From the IMG/VR virus record IMGVR_UViG_3300032223_003290: a stretch of 64,000 bases of DNA; one strand, 5' to 3'. A program made the position numbers and the translations under genes. The notes beneath the pieces were generated by a model that searched no databases, was not told the DNA's origin, and saw only the letters and a program-made list of their open reading frames with translations. This document shows positions 20,801-29,247 of this stretch, in pieces (the first letter of the stretch is position 1; each line of letters begins with the position of its first letter). The stretch comes from an uncultured virus (IMG/VR IMGVR_UViG_3300032223_003290). Lineage: Duplodnaviria; Heunggongvirae; Uroviricota; Caudoviricetes.

Positions 20801-23800
20801 ATACCAGTTTATAGATTTATCTGTTGCACCACGTAAAGTAATTCCACCACCTTGAGCAGTTAAATCTGTAGGACTAGATACAACACCTAATTCAATATTT
20901 TTATCTGCAACTGTGATTGTAGTGGAATTTATTGTGGTGAAAGTGCCTTGGATATTAAGATCACCCTGGACATTAAGAGTTCCACCAATTCCTACACCGC
21001 CAGTTACAACCAATGCTCCCGCTGTATATGAACCTGAGCCTGTATTATCTGTAATTGAAACAGCATTAGTGAAAGTTTTGATTCCAGCAAAACTTTGTGC
21101 TTGTGTTGATACTAAGCCTGTAGATCCAGTTCCAGCTAATGGAATATTTAATGTGTGAGTAGATCCAGAAGAAGAAAATGCTGGTACAGTTCCAGAATAT
21201 CCAAATGCTAGATCTTGCTTCGAAGCAGTAAGGCCATTTAAGTTGGTAATTGCTATGCCAGCTGCACTAGCCCATTTAATGCCTCCTGGGACAGTACTGT
21301 CAGCAACTAAAATAAAATTATTACTTCCAACAGTTATTTTAGTTAATGTTGATCCTGCGCCAACAAGTAAATCACCAGTGCTATAAGTTTGGAAACCAGT
21401 ACCACCATAGTACGATGTGATAGTATTTCCTGCCCAAGAACCTGTATGTAAAGTAGCATTTAATCTACCTGTTGAAGGATTGTAATATAAATTGCTATTA
21501 GTTGATAAAGCTGTGCCACTTAAAAATGGAATATTGTAATCAGTATTCGCATTAGTGCTTGTGGAAGAAATTGTAAGTGCTAAGGTTGCAGTTGTGGCTA
21601 AACCAGAAGTTGTTGCATAACCAGATTGATAAGAATAACTTGAAGTAGTAGCAAATCCTGATGTAATTGCATATCCTGCTTGATATGAATAACTAGCTGT
21701 TGTAGCAAATCCAGCAGTTGTTGCTGTGCCGGTGAGATCGCCAATAATTGGGCTTGTAAATGTTTTTTGACCAGCTATAGTTTGTGCTTGTGTTGAAATT
21801 AAACCAGTTGCGCCAGAACCAGCTATTGGTATATTTAATGTATGCGTTGAACCTGATGACGAAAATGCAGGGACAGCACCTGTGTATCCTATTGCAAAAT
21901 ATTGAATTCCTACATTTAAGCCATTTAATGTAGTCAATCCAGTTGCAGCAGTTGGGGACCAAGTCAAACCTGTTGCTGAAGCTGAATTGGCAGTAAGTAC
22001 ATAACTATCAGTCCCTACTCCAAGTTTGATAAAAGTACTACCTGCACCGACTAATATATCACCTTTGGTATATGAATTATATCCAGTACCACCATAGAAC
22101 GCTGTAATTGCTGTAGCAGCCCAAACACCAGTTGACAGTGTTCCCACTGCAGTTAATGAAGAGTTAGTTACACCTGTCCCAAGAGATGTTGAAGAAAGAA
22201 CTTGGGTGCCATTAATTCTATAAACATATCCAGATGATAAATTTGTATCACCAACAACATGTAATTTATAAGATGGATTTGAAAGCCCAATACCCACATT
22301 AGCTGTAAATTCAGCCATTGCAATAGTTCCATCAGCATTTGCACGGATTATTGGAAGACCAGATATATCTCCAACATTAAATATCCATCCTGATGAAAGA
22401 TTATTGTTTATGCCAAATAATTTTCCAGATGTACCTTCCCATATGAGTGAATTATCTGAAAGAACTGTAAGAGTTATTGGAGCAGCAGTTGTACTTCCAA
22501 TAAAGGCTATAGAAGGATTAGAAGCACCTGTGTATCCTAAAGCAGCTTGATTAAATGATAATTGTCCAGAAACGCCCAATCCACCATAAACAGTTAATGC
22601 GCCAGTGTTATATGCAGTAGAACCAGTTGTTGAACTAATTATTACATCATTAGTGAAAGTTTTAATTCCAGCAAAAGATTGAGCAAGAGTTGAAACTAAA
22701 CCTGTAGCACCTGTTCCTGCAATTGGGATATTGAAAGTATGGGTAGATCCTGAAGATACAATGTTGAATCCAGATCCAGATGTTCCTGTGGCAAAATATT
22801 GGTATGAAGCATTTACTCCATTTATTGAAGTAATCGAGATGCCTGAAACATTAGTCCACTTTACGCCTCCAGGAGAAGCAGTATCAGCAGTTAAGACATA
22901 ATTATCAGTGCCTACATTTAATTTGATAAAAGTATTACCAGCACCAACTAAAATATCACCCTTAGTATATGAATTATATCCAGTACCACCATAATATCCA
23001 GTAATTAAAGATCCAGCCCATGAACCACTAGTAATAGTTCCAAGTGCAGTTAATGAGGAATTGGTAACTCCAGTTCCTAGCGATGTAGCAGAAAGAACGC
23101 TATTTCCACCTACACTATAAGATTGGCCAGATAATATATTGATAGATGTAGCGCCAAATGATCCCGTAGCTGCATTGAATGAAAAGAAATTATTTACAGA
23201 TGCTGCAATTCCAGAAGCTGAAGATGAAGTGTTTGAAAGAACTGGATAGAATGTTCCAGACAATGCGTTGGCGACATTTAAGTTTGCTGCTGTTGTTGCT
23301 AATCCAGAAGTAGTGGCATAACCTGAAGTGTTTGAACTTCCAGATGTAATTGCATATCCTGATTGGTAAGCATAAGTTGCAGTTGTAGCAAATCCGGATG
23401 TTATTCCATATCCTGATTGATATGAATAAGAGGCAGTGGTTGCAAAGCCTGCAGTAATTCCATAGCCAGATTGATATGAATAAGAAGCCGTTGTAGCAAA
23501 ACCAGCAGTAATTCCATAACCTGCCTGATATGAATACGAAGCAGTTGTAGCGAAACCAGCTGTTATCCCATATCCTGATTGATAAGCATATGAAGCAGTA
23601 GTGGCAAGACCAGCAGTGATTCCATATCCTGATTGGTAAGCATAATTAGCAGTTGTGGCAAAGCCAGAAGTGATTCCATAACCAGATTGATAAGAATAAG
23701 AAGCTGTAGTTGCAAAACCAGATGTTATTCCATAACCTGATTGATAAGCATAATTTGCTGTAGATGCAAATCCTGCAGTGGTTGCTGTACCTGTAAGATC

Positions 23801-24808
23801 GCCAATAATAGCAGATGTGAAAGTTTTTTGACCTGCTATTGTTTGGGCTTGAGTTGAAATTAATCCAGTAGATCCAGTTCCAGCTAAAGGTATATTTAAT
23901 GTATGTGTAGATCCAGATGATGAAAATACTGGAATACTACCAGAATACCCAAATGCAAAATATTGAATTCCTACATTTAATCCATTTAATGTAGTCAATC
24001 CGGTAGCTGCAGTAGGAGACCAAGTTAAACCTGTTGCAGTAGAAGAAGATGCTGTAAGAACATAGCTGTCAGTGCCTACATTTAACTTAATAAATGTATT
24101 TCCAGCGCCAACTAAAATATCGCCCTTATTATATGAATTATATCCAGTTCCACCATAATAGGCTGTAATTGTACTACCAGCCCAACTTCCAGCAGTTATT
24201 ACACCATTGTTAACTACTATTCCAGAAAGACTAGATGGAACTGAGGTAGTAAGGAATAAGCTTCCTCCAATTCCAACTCCTCCTGAAATAGTTAATGCGC
24301 CAGTTGAAGTAGAAGTTGAAACTGTAGAGCTTGAAACGATTAAATCATTAGTGAAAGTTTTAATTCCAGCAAATGATTGTGCTAAAGTTGATACTAAACC
24401 AGTAGCACCAATTCCAGCAATAGGTATGTTGAATGTATGAGTGGACCCAGATGATGAAACACTTGGGAAATTACCAGAATAACCAATTGAAAAATATTGA
24501 GTCGTAGCAGTTAAGGAATTTAATGTTGTTATTCCAGTGGCTGCAGTAGATCTCCAAGTTACTCCGAAAGCAGCAGAATTATCTGCAGTAAGAACAAAAT
24601 TATTTGATCCTACAGGAAGAGGATATAATGATGTACCAGCACCAACAAGAATATCTCCTAAATTATAAAAGGAGTTTCCAGTACCTCCACCTTGAACATT
24701 TAATATGTAATAAGTCTTCCAACTAGTGCCGTCAAATCTCCAAGATTTTCCATTTGCTGTGTAAATCTGATTTGTCGATGGTGAAGGGGGAAAATTAAGT
24801 GCTGCCAT
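17801..24808 (-). CDS. Giant modular tail fibre protein (2335 aa)
   Basis: LNFPPSP N-terminus; many YYGGTGYNSY.KGD.LVG and HT.NIP.AG modules; two 18-aa tandem repeat blocks; GD.W...DG.L.VYY.D.DTSQWVE modules; C-terminal YRSVKFMVQV...EILLLHD domain. Confidence 0.85.
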   Translation of the reverse strand: MAALNFPPSPSTNQIYTANGKSWRFDGTSWKTYYILNVQGGGTGNSFYNLGDILVGAGTSLYPLPVGSNNFVLTADNSAAFGVTWRSTAATGITTLNSLTATTQYFSIGYSGNFPSVSSSGSTHTFNIPIAGIGATGLVSTLAQSFAGIKTFTNDLIVSSSTVSTSTSTGALTISGGVGIGGSLFLTTSVPSSLSGIVVNNGVITAGSWAGSTITAYYGGTGYNSYNKGDILVGAGNTFIKLNVGTDSYVLTASSSTATGLTWSPTAATGLTTLNGLNVGIQYFAFGYSGSIPVFSSSGSTHTLNIPLAGTGSTGLISTQAQTIAGQKTFTSAIIGDLTGTATTAGFASTANYAYQSGYGITSGFATTASYSYQSGYGITSGFATTANYAYQSGYGITAGLATTASYAYQSGYGITAGFATTASYSYQAGYGITAGFATTASYSYQSGYGITAGFATTASYSYQSGYGITSGFATTATYAYQSGYAITSGSSNTSGYATTSGLATTAANLNVANALSGTFYPVLSNTSSSASGIAASVNNFFSFNAATGSFGATSINILSGQSYSVGGNSVLSATSLGTGVTNSSLTALGTITSGSWAGSLITGYYGGTGYNSYTKGDILVGAGNTFIKLNVGTDNYVLTADTASPGGVKWTNVSGISITSINGVNASYQYFATGTSGSGFNIVSSGSTHTFNIPIAGTGATGLVSTLAQSFAGIKTFTNDVIISSTTGSTAYNTGALTVYGGLGVSGQLSFNQAALGYTGASNPSIAFIGSTTAAPITLTVLSDNSLIWEGTSGKLFGINNNLSSGWIFNVGDISGLPIIRANADGTIAMAEFTANVGIGLSNPSYKLHVVGDTNLSSGYVYRINGTQVLSSTSLGTGVTNSSLTAVGTLSTGVWAATAITAFYGGTGYNSYTKGDILVGAGSTFIKLGVGTDSYVLTANSASATGLTWSPTAATGLTTLNGLNVGIQYFAIGYTGAVPAFSSSGSTHTLNIPIAGSGATGLISTQAQTIAGQKTFTSPIIGDLTGTATTAGFATTASYSYQAGYAITSGFATTSSYSYQSGYATTSGLATTATLALTISSTSTNANTDYNIPFLSGTALSTNSNLYYNPSTGRLNATLHTGSWAGNTITSYYGGTGFQTYSTGDLLVGAGSTLTKITVGSNNFILVADSTVPGGIKWASAAGIAITNLNGLTASKQDLAFGYSGTVPAFSSSGSTHTLNIPLAGTGSTGLVSTQAQSFAGIKTFTNAVSITDNTGSGSYTAGALVVTGGVGIGGTLNVQGDLNIQGTFTTINSTTITVADKNIELGVVSSPTDLTAQGGGITLRGATDKSINWYSGVGWSSSESWNLASGNTYKINGTTVLSSNTLGTGVIFSSIQTAGIITSGTWSATAITALYGGTGLVPSFAVGDILYANTSSTWGRLAANSNAGYVLTSAGSGATPTYVAPSTLSVGFASTASYSYQSGYGATSGFATTASYSYQAGYGITAGLATTATYSYQSGYGITAGFATTASYAYQSGYGITAGFATTASYSYQSGYGITSGFATTANYAYQSGYGITAGFATTASYSYQSGYGITAGFATTASYSYQSGYGITSGFATTASYSYQSGYGITSGFATTSSNINVANAASGTFFPVLSSTSSSASGIGASVNGFFSFNAATGAFGATSVNIISGQSYSIGGNSVLSATSLGTGVTNSYLTALGTITTGVWSATAITAYYGGTGYNSYAIGDLLVGAGSTLYKLPVGTNAYVLTADSTAPGGVKWSVAASTGVTTINSLTASIQYFSTGTSGSGFNIASSGSTHTFNIPIAGTGSTGLVSTLAQSFAGIKTFTNDIVISSNTVSTSTSTGALTVTGGVGIGGSLFTGTSTADSISGVVLNNGVITTGAWAGSTITAYYGGTGYNSYTKGDVLVGAGNTFIKFGVGTNNYVLGANSASGSGLTWRTASSATATTSTAPSNPLSGDFWYDTTDGSLSVYYNDGDTSQWVEVAGAFTGNVYYGNSYNIPYYNANGIGITGSASFTNVGTGISILYTAPSTSTTSGALTVSGGVGIGGSLYTATTSADSISGVVLNNGVITSGSWSATAITAKYGGTGYTGYTLGDILVGAGSTFIQLPVGINGYVLGADSSRPSGVGWTSVSALTVSATAPSSPKNADLWFNSYDGSLLVYYQDIDTSQWVEIALGSGVDLTQPVHITNNTASTSTSTGALIVDGGVGVLGALHTSSLVINGTYDVVGTSITLTGTGAGQVIYTLDASIYRSVKFMVQVTHGTDYQVQEILLLHDSVDTYLTQYAQLLSGNNLVLTTYDADLDSGNMRLLVSPSYTNTTFKIYGTAVRV
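19967..20452 (-). repeat. 54-bp tandem repeat, 9 copies (GFATTASYSYQSGYGIT[AS])
   Basis: Nine 18-aa units counted in the translation; 54-nt periodicity with divergent third codon positions. Confidence 0.9.
23342..23773 (-). repeat. 54-bp tandem repeat, 8 copies (GFATTASYSYQSGYGIT[AS])
   Basis: Eight 18-aa units counted in the translation; same unit as 19967..20452. Confidence 0.9.
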
Positions 24809-24891
24809 TATTTATCCGAAATTTTGGGAATGCTTATTAAATATTCTTGATTTAACATAATTTCTATTTCTTTTTTTATAAATGAATCTAA

Positions 24892-25566
24892 CTAAATTCC
24901 ATATCTGAACTTAAAAGCATAATAATTTTGTAATATTTCTGCTTGAGATAAGGCTCTGTTGTATATTAAGGCTTGAGCAATTTTGCCATTGAGCAAATTA
25001 CTGCCGTCAGTGTGAGCTGCAATATGTATAGTTGCATTTCCAGAAGCAAACATAGATGTATCACCACTACCTGCTTCTAAATTTTGATTAAGATATAAAT
25101 TGTAGCCTGTGGTATTGGAAAAACTAACTGCGCCAAAATACCACTTGTTGATTGTTAAAGAGGTTGTTGTTTGAACTCTTGTAAAACTACCGCCACCTCT
25201 ATTATTATGTCCAGCAGCTAACTTATTCCCACCTGCCATCCAAAGCACATGTTGGTATGTTGCATCTCCTCCAATTATGACATTTGGAGCTGATGTATTA
25301 TATAATTGAAAAATTGCTATTTTTGTATATTGTGTTCTGTTTAAAAAAGTAGCGCATTCTGTATATTCATCAGTTCCATTAAAAGTAAAACAAGATGTAT
25401 ATCCGGTAGATGCATAACCTGGCGAATTGTTAAGTGCAAATGTACTTCCAGTTCCACTTAAGTCATAAGCAGTATTGCCTGACCCAGAATAACATCTAGG
25501 ATTCAAAGCATCCATATAAGCTTGCAATCCCAATGTAATAATTGATGGATTTTGTACTATAGCCAT
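24892..25566 (-). CDS. LamG/concanavalin A-like lectin domain virion protein (solitary copy)
   Basis: GLQAYMDA.NPRCYSGSG; FNGTDEY; YTKI; WYFGAVSFSN; IYNRALSQAEILQNY. Core most like 7902..8564. Confidence 0.85.
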   Translation of the reverse strand: MAIVQNPSIITLGLQAYMDALNPRCYSGSGNTAYDLSGTGSTFALNNSPGYASTGYTSCFTFNGTDEYTECATFLNRTQYTKIAIFQLYNTSAPNVIIGGDATYQHVLWMAGGNKLAAGHNNRGGGSFTRVQTTTSLTINKWYFGAVSFSNTTGYNLYLNQNLEAGSGDTSMFASGNATIHIAAHTDGSNLLNGKIAQALIYNRALSQAEILQNYYAFKFRYGI

Positions 25567-28500
25567 TATGAATAACCTTTCTTTATTTCAGATAAATAAT
25601 TAGTTCCATCATAAAAAACATTAATTATATCTATTGCATTTCCAGCAGTTGATAATGTATTTACACCACCAAGAAATTTATAAGCACCATTAGGAGATAA
25701 AATTCTATTACCAGAAACATCTTGAGTAATAACTAGCTTCATTGAGGATCCAGTTGGCATAGATGTTGGTGCATTTAATGTCAAATTATTATTTAATGTC
25801 ATAGTTTGTGTACTACCATTATTCCAATTTGGTGTTATAGAACCAGATGTAGTGCCGAAGCCATAAACAGTTTCAATGAATCCTTTAGAAGCTTTAGATG
25901 TTGTGGAATAAACATCGCCAACTACTTGTAATTTGTATGCAGGATTTGAAAGACCGATTCCAACATTACTTCCAAATTCTGCCATTGTTAGTGTTGAATC
26001 TGATTTTGCTCTTATAATTGGCAAACCTGAAACATCGTTTACACTATATATATAATCAGCTAACAAATCATTAGAAATTTTGAACAATTGACCTGAAGCA
26101 CTGTCAAACGAAAGTGAATTGTCAGGCAATACACTCAAGGTTATAGGATTATTTGTTTGTCCAATAAATGCAATTAATGGAGAAGTTGTAATTCCAGCAG
26201 TTCCAATTGTTGCAGTAGTGAAATTAAGCATTCCAGAAACAACAACATCATTTTGGAAAGTTTTATTTCCTGAAAAAGTTTGTGCAATTCCAGACATCAA
26301 ACCAGTTAATCCAGATCCAGCCAATGGTATTTGTATTGTGTGTGTATTCGAGGAAGATAAAACATAAAAACTATTTCCAGCACCGACATTTAAATATTGT
26401 GTGCTATCATATAAACCATTAATATAGTAAATACCAGATATAGTACTTGTGCCTACACTAGAAGATGGAGCATTTCCAACCTCAACCCATTGAGCTGTAC
26501 TATCAATATCTACAAAATAAACGCTTAAGGAACCATCGACAGAATTCCACCACAAATCACCAGATACTGCAGGAGTAGGTGCAGTTTCAGAAACATTTAC
26601 ATTGGATAAATGTGTCCAGCCTAATCCACTAGGTAAAGACGAGTTGGATTGTAGTACATAACCATTTGTTCCTACAGAAAGACTTACAATTGATGTACCT
26701 GAGCCAACTAAAATATCTCCTACGCTATAATTAGTTTTCCCAGTGCCTCCATATAAGGCAGATAAAGGCTGACTTGGCAATGATAAACTACCGTAAATAG
26801 TAACTCCATTGCCTGAAATCAATCCATTTTGAAAAGTTTTTATTCCACCAAAAGTTTGAGCAAATCCAGAAACTAAACCTGTAATTCCAACTCCAGCAAT
26901 AGGAATATTAAATGTGTGAGAGTTGCCTATTGAAGAAATATTGAAAGTATTACCAGCAAATCCAGCGTATAAAAATTGAGATGAAGAAGCAATGTTATTT
27001 ATTTGTGTGATGCCAATGCCGAAATTAGCTGGAGTATCGACTCCTCCGAAATAGCTATTGATTTCAACCCATTGAGAAGTATCAACATCTACATAATAAA
27101 TATTTAATGCACCGTTGCCAGAATTCCACCACAGATCTCCAGCATTTGAAGACCAAGGTGGCGGATTTTCTCCAATAAAGACAGATGCGCCAGTTCCTCC
27201 TCCACCACCTCCACTGTTGACTACCCATTTTAAACCAGATGGAGTTGTATTATCGGCTGCTAGTATATAATTGTCTGAACCAACTGGAAGCTTGATGAAT
27301 GTTGAGCCATAACCTACAAGTAAATCACCTTTATTGTAAGAATTGAATCCAGTTCCACCATATAAACCAGTTATCAGGTTCCCTGCCCAAGAACCGCTTG
27401 TTATAACACCATTATTGAGAATTACACCAGAAATACTGTCAGCTGTTGATGTTCCAGTATAAAGACTTCCTCCAATTCCAACGCCACCTGAGACTGTCAA
27501 CGCTCCGTTAGAAATTGAAGTTGATGCTGTGTTATCAGTTATTGAAACAGCATTTGTAAATGTTTTGATACCCGCAAAAGATTGAGCTTGTGTTGAAACT
27601 AAACCTGTTGCACCTATGCCTGCTATTGGTATATTTAAAGTATGTGTAGATCCGAAAGATGTAAATCCTGGAACTGTTCCTGAATACCCAAAAGATAGAT
27701 ATTGGATTCCTGCAGTTAATCCATTTAATGTAGTAAAGCCAGTTGCAGCAGCTGCGGAAGTTGGCAACCAAGATAATCCAGTAGCTGAAGCAGATGAAGC
27801 TGTAAGAACATAATTATCTGTACCAACATTTAACTTGATAAATGTGTTGCCTGCACCTACTAAAATATCACCTTTAGTATATGAATTGTATCCAGTACCA
27901 CCATAATATGCTGTAATTGCAGTGGCAGACCATGTACCTGTGGTGATTATTCCTAATGCAGTAAGAGAAGAATTAGTTACTCCTGTACCTAATGATGTTG
28001 CAGAAAGAACACTGTTTCCGCCAATACTATATGACTGATCGGCAAAAATATTTACAGATGTTGCACCAAATGCCCCGTTAGATGCATTGAAGGAAAACAA
28101 ACCATTTACGGATGCGCCAACACCACTTGTTGAAGCAAATGTGTTAGAAAGAATTGGATATAACGTGCCTGTAGATGCATTTACAATATTAAGATTTGTA
28201 GCAGTAATAGCAAATCCAGATGAAGTTGCAAATCCAGTTTGATATGCATAATTCGAAGTAAATGCAAACCCAGCCGAGGTTGCCGTGCCAACAAGATCAC
28301 CAATGATAGCAGATGTGAAAGTTTTTGTACCTTCAATAGTTTGCGCTATACCAGTGATTAGACCAGTAACTCCAACACCAGCGATAGGAATATTGAACGT
28401 GTGAGTTGAACCAGATGAGGATATATTAAATCCTGTACCTGAAGTACCTGTTGCAAAATATTGCTGACCATCAGTTAAATTGTTTAGATAAGATATACCT

Positions 28501-29246
28501 GAACCGCCACCACCAGAATTTGCAACCCATTTAAGTCCAGATGGTGTTGATGAGTCAACAGATAAAATATAATTGTTTGTACCTGCAGGTAATTTAATAA
28601 CTGTTGATCCAGCACCTACAAACAAATCTCCTAAACTATAAGAGGTATAACCTAAGCCACCATAAGATGCTGGGATAATACCTTTTGGACCAATGTATCT
28701 CCAGCCAACAATCCTAAAAGGACCACTTGTTGAAATAAGGGTGCTAATACTTGTGGCATCATTATTAAAAACTAATATGCCAGTTTGATAATCAAAAAGC
28801 CAGTTTGAATTATCAGATTTAGTGATCAGATTGTCATTTCTATCATAAACCTTGATTTCGTATCCAGCACCAGGGACTGTACCAAAAGCATCATATTTAT
28901 CGGATATCCAATCTCCTAATCTTTGTGCTTCTGAAGCGGCAGTACCATCATTAGCTGCAGTTGTATTAGCCCATCCAGATGTTGCGAACCAAGTAAGGTT
29001 TCCGGGTACAGATGTGTCTACTACTAAAGTTTGCCCAAATGCAGCTGTGGGTCCGTGATAATATAAATAGCCTGATGCTCCAAAACCAGCATAGCCTGTG
29101 CCTGGAATTAATCCAGTTTTAATATCAGGTAAGTAAAGTTCAAGAGTTGATGCACCTTTTTCTTCTGGCAGACCTTTTCCAGTGCTAGTAGTAATTCTTT
29201 TATTACTAAGCTTCTTGAAACTTAAATCTGTTTGTGTCCAGGACAT
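25566..29246 (-). CDS. Modular virion/tail fibre protein (1226 aa)
   Basis: Globular N-terminus (WLFDYQTGILVF), shared fibre modules, two GDLWWNS..G.L..Y.VD.D...QWVE modules, C-terminal WNNG..QTMTL...LVITQD.SG.R domain. Confidence 0.8.
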   Translation of the reverse strand: MSWTQTDLSFKKLSNKRITTSTGKGLPEEKGASTLELYLPDIKTGLIPGTGYAGFGASGYLYYHGPTAAFGQTLVVDTSVPGNLTWFATSGWANTTAANDGTAASEAQRLGDWISDKYDAFGTVPGAGYEIKVYDRNDNLITKSDNSNWLFDYQTGILVFNNDATSISTLISTSGPFRIVGWRYIGPKGIIPASYGGLGYTSYSLGDLFVGAGSTVIKLPAGTNNYILSVDSSTPSGLKWVANSGGGGSGISYLNNLTDGQQYFATGTSGTGFNISSSGSTHTFNIPIAGVGVTGLITGIAQTIEGTKTFTSAIIGDLVGTATSAGFAFTSNYAYQTGFATSSGFAITATNLNIVNASTGTLYPILSNTFASTSGVGASVNGLFSFNASNGAFGATSVNIFADQSYSIGGNSVLSATSLGTGVTNSSLTALGIITTGTWSATAITAYYGGTGYNSYTKGDILVGAGNTFIKLNVGTDNYVLTASSASATGLSWLPTSAAAATGFTTLNGLTAGIQYLSFGYSGTVPGFTSFGSTHTLNIPIAGIGATGLVSTQAQSFAGIKTFTNAVSITDNTASTSISNGALTVSGGVGIGGSLYTGTSTADSISGVILNNGVITSGSWAGNLITGLYGGTGFNSYNKGDLLVGYGSTFIKLPVGSDNYILAADNTTPSGLKWVVNSGGGGGGTGASVFIGENPPPWSSNAGDLWWNSGNGALNIYYVDVDTSQWVEINSYFGGVDTPANFGIGITQINNIASSSQFLYAGFAGNTFNISSIGNSHTFNIPIAGVGITGLVSGFAQTFGGIKTFQNGLISGNGVTIYGSLSLPSQPLSALYGGTGKTNYSVGDILVGSGTSIVSLSVGTNGYVLQSNSSLPSGLGWTHLSNVNVSETAPTPAVSGDLWWNSVDGSLSVYFVDIDSTAQWVEVGNAPSSSVGTSTISGIYYINGLYDSTQYLNVGAGNSFYVLSSSNTHTIQIPLAGSGLTGLMSGIAQTFSGNKTFQNDVVVSGMLNFTTATIGTAGITTSPLIAFIGQTNNPITLSVLPDNSLSFDSASGQLFKISNDLLADYIYSVNDVSGLPIIRAKSDSTLTMAEFGSNVGIGLSNPAYKLQVVGDVYSTTSKASKGFIETVYGFGTTSGSITPNWNNGSTQTMTLNNNLTLNAPTSMPTGSSMKLVITQDVSGNRILSPNGAYKFLGGVNTLSTAGNAIDIINVFYDGTNYLSEIKKGYS

Positions 29247-29247
29247 A

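Noticed and set aside
19967..23773. CRISPR array
   Set aside because: Units are contiguous, in frame, vary at third codon positions and have no unique spacers.
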